Shown here: positions 23,243-35,073 of the stretch, piece after piece
How positions within the stretch are numbered: position 1 is the first letter of the stretch
Layout: each line of letters starts with the position of its first letter
Source of the DNA: Podarcis erhardii
Lineage: Eukaryota
NCBI GenBank assembly: GCA_964252035.1
Contig: OZ176200.1
DNA length: 64,000 bases
Direction: 5' to 3' (one strand)
Notes under the pieces: generated by a model
Told to the model about the DNA's origin: nothing
The model's input: only the letters and a program-made list of their open reading frames with translations
Database searches by the model: none
Program-made: the position numbers and the translations under genes

Positions 23243-26168
23243 TGGTAGAGAATTGTCATGAGTCCCTCTGCCCATTACCATACATCTTATTGTATACTAC
23301 AAATGATCCACAGGGATCCTATGTGCACAGACACTCAATTCTTGCGTCAGTTCTCACTCAAACTAGGGATGACATGCCAGTGGGGCAGTGATGAAATTTC
23401 TATGTGGAGCTTCCATATCATGTTACTTCAGGGGTTGAAAAGAGGAGGGGTGCTGTGCTGCTTCTCCAATGTATTAAGCAAAGTGAACATCTAAACCACA
23501 AATGGATACCTAAAAATTAAACTCCTGTTAGTGAAGCTTGCAGTTCTTATTTGTTCTTCCTTTTCATTTAGCAATCTGATTTACCAGGGAATAGGCAAAG
23601 GGTTCATAAGGTGTACTCTCTGTAAAGTATTTATTTTATTTATTTCACTCCTGCCTTTTTATAAAACATAACTTTTAGGTGTAGGAAGGACACAATTTTT
23701 TCACTAATTTCCCCCTTCCCCTTGAAAATATGCTCCAGAAGATTTGTGGACCTTCCAGAACAGTGTTGTGGCTATGGGAAGAAGTGGGGTGGGATCATAC
23801 AAAGGGCCTCAGCCATTTCTTCCAGTTCCAGTAGAAATCTTCTCTGGATCTTGATCCTTTCCATATATGGAAGGAGCCCTTCTGTTCAGGAAAGGCCGAA
23901 TCGGAACCAAACATGTAATATCAAAAGTACTGCTAAGTTTCTGTTACTCTATAAATTACAATGCTCTCTCTGTTCCAGGGGTCTGTTGACACTCAGAGGT
24001 GCACATGGAATTCCAAAAAAATAATAATGATGATGGTTTCCATTAGTTTCAATGGAGGGAGCTAAAACACAACAGGATTTACTCTTTCTGTTCCTGGCTT
24101 AGGTCACAGAGTGAGGAAAATCCAAAGGCATGGAGAGTCATATCCACAAGAGCTTGCTAAATCATGAAGTTTAAGTAATAATCAAAATGTGGCTAGCTTT
24201 CTGCTTGTTGTAGAGATGTGAACAGTATGGTTTGTGCGTCTTCAGTGTGTGTTAGCAGTATTTGGAAATTATAATATTGGAAAGCATATGGCAGCCAAAT
24301 TTGCCATGACATTTGTGGCTTTCAGTAAGGAAATGTAGCAATCCTAACAGTATACTGGAGTGTTGATTAACTTTGCAACTTTTAGTGTAGTATGAAGATT
24401 CATTTAATTTTAATAAGCAAATTAAGGTAATTTCTTCCTGTGCTGCATACTTATTAAAAATTTGTCCACTCAGCTGGCAGTGGAAGTCCCAATTATAAAC
24501 TAGCTTAAATGTTAAGGTACTTCACAGTAATTGTATCAGTGTGAGTCTTTCCTATGGTGCCAGTACACTCACCTTTTAATCAGATTTCCCTAATGGGGTA
24601 TAACAAATATAACGTAGCTAAAACATATGAATTAAACTAGACAGAATTAAGGTAGTTTAAAGAAAAATGATGCCACTCTATATTGACTATGTCATTGTCA
24701 ATTTTACAAGCTTACCTTGTAAGTATCATTTGGATACAGATTTCCCTGAAAACTGTTTATTTTTCCACATTGCTATAGTTTGTAAGTGCTAGAAATAAAA
24801 ATCTGTATACTTCCATATACTGATATTTGAACAATGGAAGGGTTTTTCCCTTACTGACTTTTATGTCACAAAAGAAGCCACGACATAGTCAAGGGGGGCA
24901 GTAAAGCAACACAGTTACTTAACTAGCTGGCCAATCACATCGGTTCTGCCCCCCCCCAAAAGTCTTGGCTACACCCATACATGTGTGCATTAGAAGGCAC
25001 CACCAGCTGTAGAACAGTGGTTTTCTGAGTGTACAAAGCCTTGAAAATTGCTATTGGAGAGTGCTCTCACTAATTTACATGCACACAAACACACACCCAG
25101 CAATTCACACATTCAGCAATTGCTTCTTGCTCCAGGCAAGTGTATAAAGGGCAAAATTAAGAGTGCTCTTCCTCCCTCCCTCCCTCTCTCTCTCTCACAC
25201 ACACACAAAAACACACACACCTGAAAAGATATAACCAGTCTACTTCCATACCAGTCTTAAGAGTTTGGATGTTTCCAAACAAGTTTTCCACCCTTTGGAG
25301 GAAAAAATATATATTTCAACTACTATGCATTTCAAAGACATGTGTGTGTGCATGTGTGTTGAAATTATGCCATCAAAACCAAGTGCATAGTAAAATTGCC
25401 AAAATAAAAGAATTAAGTCCTTAGCTGAATTCAATCTGTAAATGATAAGCATAAAAAATCAGTCCCTGAGCAGATGGGTTAGTTTTTGTTCTTTGTACTC
25501 CCATTCTGCTTTAAGCTGTTTATGGGAAGAAATTGGGTGTCCTTGCCACATAATCTTTGTTAAATTAATCTTACAAAAAGCAAATTATAAAGACCTTGCA
25601 AAAGCCTGTTGATTATCAGTGAGCAGCTGTTTGAGCTCCTTCTCCCCAGCTTTTATTATAAACTCTGTACTCCCTACCACCACCACCCATTCATAAATAC
25701 GCAGGTAAAATACATTAGCAAGTAAATAAGCAGGTTAATCTACCTCTGAACCAAATAGTTGTATTAAAACAGAATGATCAAGTATCCACTGAATGATTAC
25801 TGTATCAATAGAGTAAAGGAGGTAACTGTGAAGAGGGAAAGAAAGGGGCAGGAAGCATCTTGAACAGTTTAGGCTGGAACCAGCATCTGTTATCCTGGAG
25901 GTTTATTCTAATCCATAATGATGTTACGGGTCTAACGGTCGTGTTACTGAGATTTAACAATAGTTGCAGGGTTGCCAGCCTGAAACTGTTGACTTAATAT
26001 CTTATTCAGGGAAGATTCTGTTCTTCTGACACTCTTTTGTACCCTAGTGATATTTTTTACTATGTGTCCTCAGTCCTTCCTGAAGCCAAGAGGTATCCAA
26101 GTGTTTCATTGCCATGCATTAATATACTTAGTTGTAAATGTTTCATTGTCAACACAATTTTGCCCCAG

Positions 26169-26172
26169 ACAG
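26169..26172 (+). other. Candidate 4-nt SHANK2 microexon (ACAG)
   Basis: TTTTGCCCCAG|ACAG|GTAAGT: acceptor with an upstream TGC, and a perfect donor. Inferred from signals only. Confidence 0.35.
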
Positions 26173-26448
26173 GTAAGTGAAAAGTACGGTAAATCAAGAA
26201 GATGAGTATATGCATTGGCAGATGTTGAATTGGTCCCCTTTGAACTTCATAACCTTAGAGTTTCATAAATAAACCAACAATCAGAGAGGTGTTTTTTTTA
26301 AAGCTGAACTTTGTTACATCCTTTACTTTCACTTCATCTTGTTAACTGTTTGTCGGCCAATTTTGCAGATGCTTTTGCTTTGTAACTCTACAGTGTCTCA
26401 GTCATTCCATTTTGTCATTTTATTTGCTCTCATGACTGCCGTTAACAG

Positions 26449-26475
26449 AAGAGGGGCATTCTGAAGTGCCATGAA
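26449..26475 (+). other. Candidate 27-nt alternative SHANK2 exon carrying an in-frame stop
   Basis: Pyrimidine-rich ...TTTGCTCTCATGACTGCCGTTAACAG|AAGAGGGGCATTCTGAAGTGCCATGAA|GTAAGT; YCAY clusters on both sides. Confidence 0.55.
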
Positions 26476-26964
26476 GTAAGTGACAACCAAAGGGGGTTTA
26501 TTTGGGGTTTGTTTCTTTTTTTAATCCATGCATTGGTTCACATTAGTTACTTTTTGTTCGTTTTTCATTCATAGTTTGGATTAGATATTTCTCCTATCCA
26601 GAAGTGGTAGCCATTCTTTAAAATTCACCATAGGTCTTCAACATTAGACCCTTTCTTACATAACTTTCACCAGATAGTACTCCTGTTAGGTATCATTCGT
26701 CAAGAAACAGGAAAAGGGTGCAGGTAACTTTAAGGACGTTTTCTATGAGTTCTGGGTGTGGTTTTCCAGGCTCATTTAGCACAGCTGGTGACGTGTATAA
26801 AGAGAAGAAGTTGCCGTTTGCAACTGCCTGCAGAAAGAGAACACCCACATGCTTTGTGTTTGTTGTTTGTATAGCCATAATAAAACTCTTGTTTGAGTGT
26901 TTTACACCAGTCTTGTGGTTCTGTCATCTGCCGCCAGGGAAAATTTGCCTCCAACAACTCCAGC

Positions 26965-27147
26965 TCATTGATTTCAACAAGGCTTAGACATGGCTGAATT
27001 TTATCCTTTGGCTCAATTCCTCATATTTTAATTTAATTTTTTTTAAACTCTAGTTAGTGTGTAGTTAATAAATAAATAAATAAAAATATGAGGAATTGAG
27101 CCAAACGATAAAATTCAGCCATGTCTAAGCCTTCTTGAAATCAATGA
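26965..27147. repeat. Near-perfect inverted repeat: 65-bp arms, 53-bp AT-rich spacer
   Basis: 26965-27029 vs reverse complement of 27083-27147: 63/65 identical by direct comparison. Confidence 0.97.
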
Positions 27148-27204
27148 CACAGTCAAATGCTTAATTTATATTGCATTGTACTTGTAAAGCCTCTTACCTA
27201 GTGT

Positions 27205-27399
27205 CAGTGATGACTGGTGCCCATTGGGAATGATAGGGCAGAAGGCCAGGTGACCAACAGTAGATAGAGCCAGAGCCAGTGATTGGCAGAGCCATCCCCT
27301 AACTGGTTAAAAGTTGAACGTCAAACAGGTGTGAGTGGCTGAGAGCAGAATGAGGTTGATGGGCAATGCCCATTAACCCCAATGGACCAACCTCCACTG
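27205..27399. mobile_element. hAT MITE
   Basis: Imperfect TIRs CAGTGATGACTGGTGCCCATTGGG / CCCCAATGGACCAACCTCCACTG; TSD CCTAGTGT / CCTAGTAT (7/8). Confidence 0.75.
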
Positions 27400-27419
27400 C
27401 CTAGTATGGTGGCATGAAC

Positions 27420-27700
27420 TATTGGCACGAACGATTAAGTTATCGTTCAGGTTGCTGAAAGTTTCAGTTCAATTTCCGTGAGGGAAAGGGAGAGTGTCAG
27501 TTTGGTTGAGAGTAAGAAGTTGCACGGGGGCAGACTTAGGACTGAAAATAGGTCCTGGGTTGTAGAGAAGTTAATGGACAGAAAATTTAGAGGCAAGGAA
27601 TCCGAAGGAAGGCTCTGAGGAGGACAATCTTGAAAGTAAAGTAAGTGGAGAATGAGGTAAGGTGCAAAGATGACAGAACTGTGGCAAAAGTGGTCTCTGA
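27420..27700 (-). mobile_element. Possible ancient L2 fragment (endonuclease-linker region)
   Basis: Purine-rich + strand and a weak resemblance of the minus-strand translation (..LSINFS..) to old L2 ORF2; weak. Confidence 0.3.
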
Positions 27701-28719
27701 AGAAACTTCACATAGCTTATGTCACTCCTGACATATGCTGTAGAAGGAGAGCTAGGTAGGCTAGTTAAGAAAAATGTAGGGTAACAAAGTAGCTATTAGG
27801 TCTATAACAGCCTTCATCAAACTGGTGCCTTCCATATGTTTTGGACTACAACTCCCATGAGCCCCAGCCAGCATGGGCAGGTTGGCAAAGACTTATCTAG
27901 AATCTAGATACACCAAGAAAATTCTGCCAGTTATTGCTTCTGCCTTTAGTGTAGCGTTGTGAACTTGCAACAAGTATCAATAAGCAGCACAGGTGACTGT
28001 ATTTCACATATTGAGATTTTCTAGGCAGCCATTTCTTCTAGTCTATAATTGTATCGCACATAATTATGATGATAGAGAAGCCTCTGGTATTTGTTGGCTG
28101 AGCTGGTGCAAACTCATGCACTTTCCCAACTGCCAAGGAAACAGTGTTGTCAGAATATTTTCTGAGGCAAGGAGGACCTCTGAAGAAATTGCATAATGCT
28201 TAAGAACTAGGAGGTCTATGGGGGAAGAGAGATGAATGTTGTGGAGAATCTGCACATGCAGCAGATTGGCTAAAGCAGTGGGACAAAGTAGGCAGTGCAT
28301 TAAAAAGCAGAGGTCTGAGGAAACGATGGGTGGGGAAGGGATGGGAGTTTCAGAAAACAAGAGCCAATGAAAACTTCAGATGGGGCCTAGGAACAATAGT
28401 GGCAAGACAGAAGTCTGAGTGTCACTTCTGGAGGGCTGGAGACTATGCTGGGTTGAAGACTATCAAAGGGGCACAGGTTTGCTAACCTATACTTCAAGTT
28501 GTAATGGAACCGCTATACATTTAAGACATACATAGATTGGAATTTGTGTTAGTGGTGGCATCTGCTGACTCCACCTCCCCACCTCCCACCAAAGCTGGGG
28601 TTGCATGGCTTACCAGGTTACATGTCTGTAGCGTTGGCTTCCAGGTTCCCCTCCCAGAGAAGTGGTCACAACCAGCTTCCACGAAAATCTCGCCAGAACT
28701 CAGAAGCCTACACTGCAGT

Positions 28720-29570
28720 TGCTTCTTCTGTGAGATGTTCTGGGTTCCAAGCACTCTTGGAGGAAACTGATTTTCTAGATCCATTTCAGTCAGCATTTAG
28801 GCCCAGCTTTGGCACAGAAACTACATTATTATCTCTGTCAGGAAAGAAATGTGTTCCGGTCAATTATCAACTTCTCAGTGGCTTTTGATACTATAAACCA
28901 TGGTATCCTTCTGGAGTGGTTGTTTGAATTAGGGGTGTGTGGCACCACTTTGTGGTGGTTCTGGTCTTACTTGGATGGTCATTTCCAGAGGGAGATGCCG
29001 GGGTTTGCTCTTTCGTCCTGTAGAATCTTCAGTGTAGAGTTCCTTGGGGTTCAATTTTATCCCCTATGCTGTTTAACATCTACATGAAACCCCTGAGTGA
29101 AGATACAGAATTTTGGAGTATGTCATCAGCAATATGCTGGTGACACATAGCTCTACTTCTCCTTTGCATCTGCAGGTGTGGCAGTGGATGTGCTGGACTG
29201 ATGTCTTGCCTCAGTTAGGGACTGGATGAGAGCCAATAAATCGAGGCTCAATCCAGATAAGACAGAGGCACTGTTAGTGGATAGTCCCTGGATCGGATGA
29301 ATGGGAGATTTCCTGCTTTTGATGGGGTTACACTCCCTCTGAAAGAGTGGTCTCGGGTGGTCTCAGTGGTGTGGAGTGCCTTCCATCAGCTTCAGCTTGA
29401 GGCCCAGCTACACCCCTATCTGTACAGGGATAGCCTAACGTCTGTTTTATATGCTCTGGTAACTGCTAGGTTAGATTACTGCAACGCATTATACGTAGGG
29501 CTGCCACTAAAGACTGTTTGGAAACTTCAGCAGGTGCAGAATTCGGCATCCAGGTTGCTCGCCAGAGCAA
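28720..29570 (+). mobile_element. L2 LINE reverse-transcriptase fragment (decayed)
   Basis: DPFQSAFRPSFGTETTLL, VAFDTINHGILLEWL..LGV.GT.LWWF.SYL, HQ(Q)YAGDT, LVTARLDYCNALYVGLPLKTVWKLQQVQN; frameshifted. Confidence 0.9.
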
Positions 29571-30066
29571 GACAGCTTGAGCTGCAAAATGACAGCCACT
29601 TGAAATGGGACTGATTGCAGAAGTTGGGGGAAGAGACCTTCAACACAAATTCAGGATTTCCTCCCAATGCAAACAGCCGCTTCAAATGTATTATTTTGGT
29701 CATGACTCCAGCAGGGAAATAATAATTTAATCTCTCACTCTCCCCACCCACTGACTGCTGCAATCTTGATCATTATAAGCCCCACACCAGGTGGCTATTA
29801 TTTGAATTATTTAAAATGCATATTAAAATAAAGATGAACATCATGTACAGTTTGGCTCTACATCCTGTGGTCCTTAGTTCACTTGCTAAATAGCAAATTC
29901 CATTGAATTCATGAGAACTTTCTTATGAGTAAACATACATAGGATCGCATTGTACATCTTAAAAAGATGTTTGGGCAACAGTTCTGCATATAAATGACTC
30001 TTGTGTCCATGTAGTTCTTTGTAGTAGGAAAAAAACCACCTTGTATATTTGAAGCTTTCTGCTATT

Positions 30067-30336
30067 TAGGACTGGGCAATGTCTGATTTTCAACATTGTG
30101 ATATATCACAAGCTAAACATCACAATATACTGATATATCACAATGTCTGAAACAAGGATGGAGCTATGTAGAGGCATTGGCTGGCTTCATGGTCTTTCCC
30201 ATACTGTAATTTTTTCATAGCATGCATGCGCACACACACATATTGTGATACATTGCCAGGTCAAAAATTATGAAACTGATATCACTATATGGATTTCAAA
30301 CTGGTTTTGGGCATGTTGATATATCGCCCAGTCCTA
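30067..30336. mobile_element. hAT MITE
   Basis: TIR TAGGACTGGGCAAT / ATCGCCCAGTCCTA; perfect 8-bp TSD CTGCTATT (30059-30066, 30337-30344). Confidence 0.9.
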
Positions 30337-31564
30337 CTGCTATTAAATGTTTGTTTAAAATGTAGTACTATATTTAAATCCTATTAAAATGGCTCAAAAT
30401 AACTTAATAGGAATTCATGCCTACAGACTGCTTTTCCTGGGAAAATTCAGTGATGTGACACAGTAATTACATATTGTGAAATAATCTAAGACAACATAAT
30501 GTGTATTGCAATCAGAGGAATCAAAGGAAGTGAATATTTGCAACAAAAAATCACTGTATGCTTATTCCTAATAGAGCCAGCTTTTCATATATATATATTC
30601 CTGACAATATAAAAAGCCATATTAGAAAAGTAAATTTGGTTGGAAAGAATTGTCTCTAGTCTAATAACCGCTCATTGACAATTTACAGAAAACGGTATAG
30701 TCCGAAGTTGCTAACAGATACTTTATTTCTCACAGCTATGGATGTGGATGTATTTGATATTTCTAGAAGAAACTCTTTCCCTGCTTCTGACAATCAATAT
30801 TTTAAACAGCTCAATTTAGTATTTTTTTATTTCTGACAGATTTTTTAAAATCCCTAACTCCTCTGTGTTTAAAATGCACAGCTTTGGTCTGGATGTCATT
30901 TAATGTATTTTTTTTTATATAAATCATTATTTTGGGTAAATTTTCAGGTCCTTTGTGTTTGAATTACAAATCAATAACCTTTGACCAATGTTTCTCTCAC
31001 TGTGATTCTAAAATAATTATCACAAATTCAAAGAAACTATTTAGACATGCTGGGAATTGTAAGCGCTGGTGATTCATATTTGGCGTTTTTCCTGCAGCAC
31101 TTCTGTCAAAGAGAGAAGCTACTTTTAAAACTTAACAGATGTTTCCAACTTGGCAGTGGAAAGTGCAGCATTAAATACTTCCGAGTTGTCTTCTTCCTCC
31201 CATTCACCTAAATAGCTTCATGGGCAAAGTCTCCTCAGGGTACATTTTAAAGTCTGAGACATGTTTTCCTTTGTGCCAGAGAATGTGGTACAAACCAACC
31301 CATACCCCATTGTCCTGTTCGTTAGCATGCCATCAAAGGCATGTTGTCACTATAGACATGTAGTATGGTATGTGATAAGGCCAGAAGCAATGCACAGAAA
31401 AGAAGAAATGAGCCTGCATGTGCTGTGCACATTTTGACCCATCTCCTTAGTCTTTTTATTCTCTGAGATAACAATCTGCTAAGAATGTAAAACAAGATGT
31501 TAGAGATTGAAGGCTTGTCCACAATTCTGCTTGTTCCATGCCTAGAAAGCACAGGTCCCAGAGG

Positions 31565-32011
31565 CATAGCTGTCAACCATCCCTTATTTGGCAGGAAAGT
31601 CCCTTATCCCAGCAACGTGTCCCGCTGCTGTCCCTTATTGATGATGTCTCTTAAATTTCCCGGGTTTCAAAGGAAGCAGCTCTTCTCCCTCCCTCCCTGC
31701 CGGCCAGGGAGGAGGGAGGCTCCAACTGTGTTGCTTGGCTGCATTGCTCACCCAATAAGAGTCTAAGAACAACTGGGGGGTGGAGCTTGCATGCTTTGTG
31801 CCGATCAAATCGGCCGCGTTGCCTGGGGACTCGCCTTTGCTCAGCGCTTCCCAGTAGAGAGGTGACAGTGGGTTTCCTTTCTGCATCCCCTTTGCCGGGT
31901 TGCTGCGTTGTGGGAACCACCACTTGAGGCTTCGTTTGGCTGCTGGTTGACTAAAATCCCTTATTTTGGCTGCTGATCCCTTACTTTCAAATCTGTAAAT
32001 TGACAGCTATG
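31565..32011. mobile_element. hAT non-autonomous element
   Basis: Perfect 12-bp TIR CATAGCTGTCAA / TTGACAGCTATG; perfect TSD CCCAGAGG (31557-31564, 32012-32019). Confidence 0.92.
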
Positions 32012-32030
32012 CCCAGAGGTTTTTCTCTTG

Positions 32031-32136
32031 CCTGGAAAAACAAATGGTTTACTACTAAATTGGAACACATGGCAATCTGCAGAAAGCCCAATTGCCACTT
32101 GTTCCAATTCAGCATTAAACCATGGGTTTTCCCAGG
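32031..32136. repeat. Imperfect inverted repeat: 46-bp arms, 14-nt loop
   Basis: 32031-32076 vs reverse complement of 32091-32136: 38/46 identical. Both-strand ORFs share PGKT.GL.LNWN.WQ. Confidence 0.85.
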
Positions 32137-33070
32137 GGAAAATGATGGGGAAATTGGAAGTGTGGACAATCAACATTTTAGAATCCACAGTAATTTTTAA
32201 ATTATTTTTTTACCCACTGTAATTTACAGTGATTTCTGCAGAAATTGAATACTGACCTTAGAAAACCTTTTCTTTAGTTACAAATAACATTTTTTCGTAT
32301 TCTTGCTAATTCTTTACTACCATGTTGGGAAGATTCACTGTTGGATTCCCTTTATCCATACAGAGAACTATTAATACTAGCCCATCCATGCTGCACTTTA
32401 AATCACTCCTTCTGCTTCTCTGTATAGGAATTTGACATTTCTGATGTCCCATACATTAGTTGTACTACTACTATGTAGGTTGTGCCACAAATGAACTTCT
32501 GAACTCCCTTTTATGACCACACCAGAGAGGGAAGGGGGAAGCATGCAAACCTGGGGCAGGCAAGACTTGTTTCCGTCCATTGACCTGCATAATGCTAAGC
32601 CAAACTTTATCTCATTACAGACAAAGTGTGATCTGTTATCAAAGAATTATATGGTTTACCACACATGGTTTGTCTGGGGGAGATAAACTGTGACCAAGGC
32701 TGGCCCAAGACATTTTGACACCTGAGGTCTCATTCATCATTTTCTTCCTTTGAACGTGGGAGACTAGCAGTGTTAGTCAAATTTCAGATTTCCCCAGGTT
32801 AAAAAGAGCCTTCAAATGAGCTGGATCTGTAATAGAATCTTGCTTTGACAAATATAAACAGGGGTTGCTCTTCCTTATTTTTAGCCTTTAAAAAAATTAA
32901 AATGCATTATTTTGTATATTAATAAAACAGGATTCATCAGAAATGCCAAAAGTAAGGATGAATAAAAATCTATAGTGCACACACATTCATTTACTCTTAG
33001 TCCCAGAACTCTGCTAGACTGGTAAAGAAAAAGCGATTTATATGTGTTGTATGTGCGATATAACATTGTG

Positions 33071-33084
33071 TCACCAGATGGCGA
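33071..33084 (+). promoter_or_regulatory. CTCF-like core motif
   Basis: TCACCAGATGGCGA vs consensus CCASYAGRKGGCRS (12/14); CpG retained. Confidence 0.4.
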
Positions 33085-33592
33085 TGCGGAGTCCCATTTT
33101 TCTCTACCTGTTTTCCCTGTTTAAATTTACAACGCTTTAAAGTGAAACGCTTCTTTGATGTGTCTAGAGCCAGCCCTGATCATAACATTAAAACAGGCAG
33201 GCAGATCTTCAGAGCAATTGATACATATGTGTGTCTTTCATCCTTTAGTCAAAACAAAACAAATTCCTTAAAGACCAACTAAGTCAGTTCTTGGTATGAG
33301 CTTTCGTGTGCATGCACACTTCTTCAGATACTTTCATCCTTTAGTTACCTATTGATAAACCCCTCTTGCTTTCCACCCTGCCTAAGCATAGACCTTAGGG
33401 TTACTTGTCAGGAACCAAAGCATGTCAGCAAGACCATCTCCAAGATAAAACTCTCTCAAAACGTGTTTTTGAGTGCAGTATCTGTTCACCAAATTTGATT
33501 CACTGGGTGCAAAATGTATTTTCTCTGGATTTTTTGGAGATTTCAGCTCTCTTTTATTTGACTCTGGTCTCTTAATATACTGTACATAGGAT

Positions 33593-33931
33593 CAGGGGCG
33601 GAGGAAGGGGTGTGTCCTGGGGTGGGTCACCCCGGGTGTCACCACTAAGGGGGGGCGACAAAATGCCGAGTGGCACTCACCGCAGGGCCTGCAGCACGCC
33701 CGAGCCACGCATCTCGTCTGGGAATGACGCGGTGACTTGGGCGCCCGCAGGCTCTGCGCTGCCCCAAACAGTCCACCCGCCACCTTCCCCTCAGCTGTAG
33801 GGTGGCTAAGTGGGAGGAGGCAGGCAGATTTCTTGGAGGCCCCGCAGAGCGCCCTGCCCTGGCTCGCCCCACCCCGTAGGCGGCTGGCCCTGCCCCTGGG
33901 TGCAGGGCACACATGCCGCCCCAGGTCACTG
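33593..33931. mobile_element. GC-rich non-autonomous DNA element (hAT-like)
   Basis: Abrupt GC/CpG-rich block starting CAGGGGCGGAGGAAGG (similar to the left end of 16782) and ending CACTG; no TSD found. Confidence 0.55.
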
Positions 33932-34499
33932 TACTAAGAGCATTCAGCTAGTTCAAAACACAATGGTCTGCCTCCTGAAGGTAAAGTTCCCAAGCATCAG
34001 AAGTGAGTTCTTCTAGGATTCTGGCCTATGCTTAGCAAGACTGGTTTCAGCATATAACTTACCTTGGGAACGGCCTCCTCTTCTGTACCCTGCTGTGATC
34101 TCTTAGATGTACTTTCCTTAGTGCATCATCTGTGCAACAAATTAGAACAATGACACAGAAAAGCATCCTTGGTTGTTTTGTCCAGTTTTGGAACTGTCTT
34201 GTGAGATTCACCACACTTAAACGCCTTCTGCTACCATAATGCTCTTTGGGGCAATGATTCAGTGGCTAGAGTTAATTTTTAGCAGCATATCTGAGATTGT
34301 CTTTGACTTTTAAAATATTTGTAAAGCTTGCTCATAGTTTTCTGCCACTATTGTTTTCATAAAGTCGTATGGTATCTCTTTGGCATTTATATATATATTT
34401 AATACGTAATTGTGTCATAAGTTAGCAATGAGCTGATTTGTATTTTTAATACGTGGAGAGTCTGAATATTTCCTGTTCATTTTTATTTGTTTATTTCAG

Positions 34500-35073
34500 G
34501 GGCACAGAAGTCATGAGCACTGTCTCAGGTACTCGAAGTTCAACCATCACTTTTACTGTCCGGCCTGGGACTAGCCAGCCAATCACACTGCAGAGCAGAT
34601 CCCCAGACTATGATAGTAGGACACCAGGAGCAAGACATGCTCCAAGCCCAGTGGTTTCACCAACAGAAATAAGTAAGGACATCATGCCAGCTCCTCTGAC
34701 TGCTGCTGCTCCAGTTGCATCTCCTTCTCCAACACTTTCTGATGTTTTTAGCCTACCCAGCCAGCCTCCTTCGGGGGACCTCTTCGCTTTGAACACAGGG
34801 CGCAGCAGGTCTCCTTCTCCCTCAATCTTGCAACAGCCAATATCAAATAAGCCTTTTACAACTAAGCCTGTCCACCTGTGGACCAAGCCAGATGTGGCAG
34901 ATTGGTTGGAGAGTTTAAACTTAGGTGAACATAAAGAGACCTTTATGGATAATGAAATAGATGGCACTCACTTACCAAACCTTCAGAAGGAAGACTTGAT
35001 AGACCTTGGAGTGACTAGAGTTGGTCACAGAATGAACATAGAAAGAGCCTTGAAACAGCTACTGGACAGATAA
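34500..35073 (+). CDS. SHANK2: SHANK2 last coding exon including the SAM domain and stop
   Basis: TTATTTCAG|G acceptor completes AG|G (Arg). Ends KPVHLWTKPDVADWLESLNLGEHKETFMDNEIDGTHLPNLQKEDLIDLGVTRVGHRMNIERALKQLLDR*, the SHANK2 SAM domain. Confidence 0.99.

Noticed and set aside
25918-25952. ATGATG...CTGA, C/D-box snoRNA-like
   Set aside because: Box C is imperfect, the spacing (~35 nt) is too short and there is no terminal stem.
34453-34499. N-terminal part of the 206-aa ORF (MESLNISCSFLFVYF)
   Set aside because: It is the polypyrimidine tract and acceptor of the last SHANK2 intron read through in frame; the exon starts at 34500.
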